Shown here: piece after piece, positions 60,054-64,000 of the stretch
How positions within the stretch are numbered: position 1 is the stretch's first letter
How the letters are laid out: each line of letters starts with the position of its first letter
DNA from: a bacterium
GTDB taxonomy: Bacteria; Acidobacteriota; Blastocatellia; HR10
NCBI GenBank assembly: GCA_041640655.1
Contig: JBEPZV010000001.1
Location: 160,229 to 224,228 of the forward strand
Direction: 5' to 3'
DNA length: 64,000 bases
The notes under the pieces: model-generated
The model's database searches: none
The model's input: the letters and a program-made list of their open reading frames with translations, nothing else
What the model was told of the DNA's origin: nothing
Position numbers and translations under genes: made by a program

Positions 60054-61178
60054 TTACGCACCATCTTGAATGTATTTGAACCCCAGCTTGATGGAAAGCT
60101 CTGCCTTCGCCAACTCCTTGCCAAGGTAGGCGGCATGACTGAGTTGCGTAACCCAACCGTTGTTGATGATCGTCCAATAGATGCTCCGCGCATCCTGGCC
60201 CTCGATCACTCGCTGGAGCGTGTTATCGTAGGAGTAATGCTCGACGACGATGACCTGCCTTTCTGGTTGAGGGAGAATCACAAAATAGCCTGCCTTATCC
60301 ATCTCTATCTTTGCGGGCGGTTCCGCGCGGATGATGGGCACTTCTGAGAACGGAGCCGGAGTGGTTCGCTCGCGGGTTTCTCGACAGGCGCAAGACGGAC
60401 GAGACGTCTGAGCAAGTTCCTTGATTGTCTCAATGATGTTCTCCATATCTTCGCATCCTATCATATCCACAACCCGGACCTGCTTCCGGAAGACTTCCAC
60501 CTCTTCACGCGTTACATTCCTCAGAATCGGGCGTTTGCCAGGGGAACCGATGACTCGCATGGTTTCGTCAACCCCGTTTTCCCATAGGGCGAGGAAGGTC
60601 CTGCCGCTTTGGTGCCCCCTCGGATCTTTTCCGGCGACCAGGAGAAAGCGAATCGTTGGGTTTGTAATGATATTTTTGATCACCTTCTCAATGCCGATGT
60701 TTTCCGTCTCGGTCTTCCCCACAATACAAAGCTCTTTTGGCCTCGCGCGGGCAAGGCTTTCAGCAAGCTCTACCGAGGCAAGGGTGGAGACGGCCACAGG
60801 GCAGCCGGGACCATCGCAGAACGCATGATATTCTCCAGCAACCGGAGGCCACTTGTGCTCGCTCACCTCAAAGGCGCAACCGAGTGACTGAGATTCGCCG
60901 ACTTCAGGAAAGGCTTGATGAAACACGTTCATCGCCACCGCCGGAACGCAGTAATCGCACCCAAGGCAGGCATACTTGATCGGCTCCATCTGCCCCAGCC
61001 AGCGCTCGATATTTGCAAGCAAGTCCGAGGAAGCTTCGACTTGCAAAGACGAAAGCGAGGTTCGCAGGCTCTCTAAAGTCTCTTTCATACAGCCGCACTT
61101 CCGGCATTTCGGAAGCACCATGCCTTCTCGGAGTTCAGATTGAATTTTGTCCTTCCAATTTGCGTCCGTCATATCCAA
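60054..61178 (-). CDS. second Cys-rich/MtrA-like/DUF4346 protein
   Basis: Collinear with 46492..47610 and shares long identical runs (QMEPIKYACLGC, RPKELCIVGKTETENIGI, GWVTQLSHAAYLG). Confidence 0.85.
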   Translation of the reverse strand: MDMTDANWKDKIQSELREGMVLPKCRKCGCMKETLESLRTSLSSLQVEASSDLLANIERWLGQMEPIKYACLGCDYCVPAVAMNVFHQAFPEVGESQSLGCAFEVSEHKWPPVAGEYHAFCDGPGCPVAVSTLASVELAESLARARPKELCIVGKTETENIGIEKVIKNIITNPTIRFLLVAGKDPRGHQSGRTFLALWENGVDETMRVIGSPGKRPILRNVTREEVEVFRKQVRVVDMIGCEDMENIIETIKELAQTSRPSCACRETRERTTPAPFSEVPIIRAEPPAKIEMDKAGYFVILPQPERQVIVVEHYSYDNTLQRVIEGQDARSIYWTIINNGWVTQLSHAAYLGKELAKAELSIKLGFKYIQDGA

Positions 61179-61844
61179 TCCGTACTCCTTTTTATATGTC
61201 GCCTAACTATCGATTAAGACTATCAGGCCGTCTCGTCAAGTCGGAGGAGGAGGCGAGGGTTTCGGGTCGCCGGGGCCGTCGCGGACGAGGGCAAGATGGG
61301 AACAGAAGTGATGCTCGGATGCGTGCAAAATGCGTTATCATCTTTGCGCCCTGCGCCGAGGCGGGCCTCCTGCGGTAGGAGTCCGAACTCCGCATCCGCA
61401 TCGTCCGGGAGGCGTAGGCGGGGGCCGGAGCCCCCCGAAAATGAAACTCTGAGACTCAGGTGTGACTGTTCCATTTTTGGTGGGTCAGGGAGGGGACCTG
61501 GGACCAGGTCGGCGGGATGGGGGGCAGTGCCCCGCCACTTGCTTCCTCATCGCCGCCCCACAGGTCTTCACCCGTACCAAAGCCGGCCGGGTGTCGGCCC
61601 GAATGGGAAAAAGTCCCCACCCACGATGCCTTCATCCGACGGCTTCCGTGACAGCCTCCCGACACGAAAGCACTGGTGCCAGGGAGACCGAGGACTTCGC
61701 GGACCTTGAGCAGGAGCTTCTCCAATGCCCCAGCACCGGAGCCGCGTTTCCGAGGCGGGTCGTGAAGGATATGAGGTGCGTCCGTCGGAGGCGCGGCCCG
61801 CCCAGGCAATCACCGGCCCGGTGGGGAAATCCGAGGCTGTGAAG

Positions 61845-61959
61845 GTCGCAATCCTCTTCCAAGCGAGTCCCGGTTTCCCACAGCGCCCGCCATCCCCGAA
61901 TCGGAAGGCCCGCCTCGTTCAAGTCGCAAGCTTCTTTTCAGCCAGTCCCAGTTGCCGAC
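61845..61959 (-). CRISPR. two degenerate CRISPR repeats separated by a 41-nt spacer
   Basis: 61845-61881 and 61923-61959 are 37-nt variants of the array repeat. Confidence 0.75.
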
Positions 61960-62408
61960 CCGACATCCGCCAGGAGGAAGCCCCATGCGCACAAGCATGG
62001 ATTTGCCGAGGACAAAGCCGCCGCCCTCAGAGGAGATCATCCGCGCCATCCCCGCGGCCATCACACTCACCGTCGCGGCCGCCCGTTTGGGCATTCTGCG
62101 GGTTCTCCCTTCTGCCACCGCTCACCTCTTCACCACAACACTCGGAGGGCTTTCGCACCGATGAAGCAGGCCATCGAGATGACCCTCGCCATTGATGAGA
62201 ACGTCCTCACCATGGAGATCGTCGGAGCCTGCTCGCCCTCCGACTCCTGGGGCCTCAGCCTGAGCCTCCCCTGAGGAGAAGAGCGGGCCGCCGCCGCCCT
62301 GGCGAACGTCGCCCGCGCCCTCGGGATGCTGCACGAAGACGGCAAGACCCACATCCACGCCGACTCCGACAATCCCTGGGGGTGCGCTTACAACGGCGAT
62401 CACTACTG

Positions 62409-63053
62409 GTCGCAATCCTCTTTAAAGCGAGTCCTGGTTTCCGACGGGGGAAATCGAGGACGGTGTTGAATATAGCCGGCCTCGGTTGTCGCAATCCTCT
62501 TTAAAGCGAGTCCTGGTTTCCGACGCGGCAAAGCCCGCACGGTGTTGTCGGTAGCTGGATTGGGTCGCAATCCTCTTTAAAGCGAGTCCTGGTTTCCGAC
62601 AAAAGATGGCCACAAGGTGGTAATAGACATGCTGCTAAGCGTCGCAATCCTCTTTAAAGCGAGTCCTGGTTTCCGACAGAAAGTTGCTCTTGAGTGGGCT
62701 CCGGCGTTTACCGGAGTGTCGCAATCCTCTTTAAAGCGAGTCCTGGTTTCCGACCCGAAGTTGAGGAAATTGAGTAGTTACCGGACGCAAACGTCGCAAT
62801 CCTCTTTAAAGCGAGTCCTGGTTTCCGACTGTGATCTACGGAAAGTATGTGCCTCAGAAGTTGCTATGTCGCAATCCTCTTTAAAGCGAGTCCTGGTTTC
62901 CGACGGCTAGAGTTTATCTACGATGCTGCTCTCCCTAATCCGTCGCAATCCTCTTTAAAGCGAGTCCTGGTTTCCGACCGCGTACTTGAACGCCCATGCC
63001 GATCTTTTGGCGGATTGTCGCAATCCTCTTTAAAGCGAGTCCTGGTTTCCGAC
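62409..63053 (-). CRISPR. CRISPR array: 9 identical 37-nt repeats, 8 spacers of 37-42 nt
   Basis: Repeat GTCGGAAACCAGGACTCGCTTTAAAGAGGATTGCGAC (minus strand) at 62409, 62488, 62564, 62641, 62718, 62793, 62868, 62942, 63017; leader on the cas2 side. Confidence 0.98.
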
Positions 63054-63449
63054 TGCCGTGGGGTTTAGTTCTGAAAGTCCAATGGGTTAGGTGGGCGAAA
63101 GTGATAACCCCCATACCCCCTCGGGCTTCGGCCCCCATCTGAAGGGCCATGAAGGGACCGATGTTTCGACCTAACCCTCTGAATCCCCACATCTTAGCCT
63201 TCCGGTGATAACCCCCCTTACCCCCCCTCCCAAAACCAGGACCTCCGGGTTGTCAAACACCAAGCCGATTTGGGCACGTTCGCCCTTCTTTTACTCCATC
63301 TCACCCAAAAAGTCAACGGTTGTGTATCCGCCCGGCGCCTTTGGGACCCTACAGGTCCAGGAACTGCCGCACGCTGGATCACCTCTTCTGCCAATAAGGC
63401 GAGCACTGCGCTCTGGTCCCCCTTTGCGCGCTCGAAGATCGGCTCAAGC

Positions 63450-63743
63450 TCACCAGATGTAGATGTCCTCCTGACGGGTGACATCGCCTCGCCCCTCGAC
63501 GATGATCTCGTCCACGCAGGCCTGGCAGAGCCGATAGCAGCGCAGGCTGTCAGTCGCCGGATCAATCTTCGTTCGAAGCCGCCCGAGCAAGACTATGAAC
63601 TGATCCTCCGTCAGCAGGCACTCGAAGACGCTGTATTGGACGCGGGTGCCGAAGTCCTTGAGGATCTCGGCGACCTGGGTGCGCCGTTTGTCGTCGGTGA
63701 TGTCGTAGCTGATGATGTAGAACATGACGCGTTTGATCGGCAT
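63450..63743 (-). CDS. cas2: CRISPR-associated endoribonuclease Cas2
   Basis: YIISYDITDDKRR, RVQYSVFEC, DSLRCYRLC. Confidence 0.95.
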   Translation of the reverse strand: MPIKRVMFYIISYDITDDKRRTQVAEILKDFGTRVQYSVFECLLTEDQFIVLLGRLRTKIDPATDSLRCYRLCQACVDEIIVEGRGDVTRQEDIYIW

Positions 63744-63745
63744 GC

Positions 63746-64000
63746 TCAGGGTTCGGCCAAGTAGGGGGTATATTCCCCGCCGGTGGTGACGGCGTGCGCC
63801 AGGTGTTCGGCCTGTCCCAGCAGGAGCCGACGAAAGTTCGTGCGGTGGCCCGTATGGCGGGAGATGAAGGCACGCTGCATCATGTCCTCGTACTGGCGGA
63901 GGAAGTGCTTCTTCGCTTCCGGCGTGAACCAGATGCCGCCGCTCTCGGTGGCGGTGAAATGCTGGGGCGACAGGGCCTCGGTATTGAAGAGCGTCAGCAC
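63746..64000 (-). CDS. cas1: Cas1 C-terminus (cut by the window edge)
   Basis: Position directly upstream of cas2; ...KKHFLRQYE...QAEHLAHAV...YTPY. Confidence 0.75.
   Translation of the reverse strand: MLTLFNTEALSPQHFTATESGGIWFTPEAKKHFLRQYEDMMQRAFISRHTGHRTNFRRLLLGQAEHLAHAVTTGGEYTPYLAEP

Noticed and set aside
61823..61841. Similarity of ggggaaatccgagg to the start of the spacer at 62446
   Set aside because: Short, gapped match; too weak to claim self-targeting or spacer duplication.
62409..64000. Assigning a CRISPR subtype
   Set aside because: Only cas2 and the end of cas1 are visible; effector genes lie outside the window.
1..64000. tRNA, rRNA, integrase or intact IS genes
   Set aside because: None recognised by eye; a tRNAscan/ISfinder run would be needed to exclude them.

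Overview
Bacterial window, probably Acidobacteriota (inferred from an Acidobacteria-type TonB-receptor C-terminal fragment), with four blocks. (1) 0.17-21.1 kb is a high-GC, co-directional, TetR-led catabolic operon: acyl-CoA dehydrogenase, SDR, VOC protein, CoA ligase, fused CoA-transferase, non-catalytic HMG-CoA-synthase/DUF35 fusion plus thiolase, ETF, crotonase, two paralogous unknown proteins, hydantoinase/acetone-carboxylase-like A and B(+gamma) subunits, and a split PEP-utilising phosphotransferase with no ATP-grasp domain. A ~41-45 bp palindromic element is inserted in frame in three of these genes. (2) ~23.3-53.4 kb is a mosaic, lower-GC metal/redox island bracketed by two coiled-coil repeat genes that share nucleotide repeat units. 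It holds a solitary attC, ArsR-permease-thioredoxin, ttrBA-like molybdoenzyme genes, czcCBA, a complementary multicopper-oxidase pair, P1B ATPases, and a CadC/SmtB-led operon with an MtrA-like corrinoid protein and a SAM methyltransferase. (3) 54.9-61.2 kb holds a DUF5916 outer-membrane protein, an AhpD-like CxxU selenoprotein, an octaheme cytochrome behind a duplicated sigma54 promoter module, and a second MtrA-like gene with integron-cassette-like ends. (4) 61.8-64 kb is a CRISPR array (9 identical repeats plus decayed trailer repeats) with cas2 and partial cas1. All calls come from motif recognition by eye; no database searches were run.
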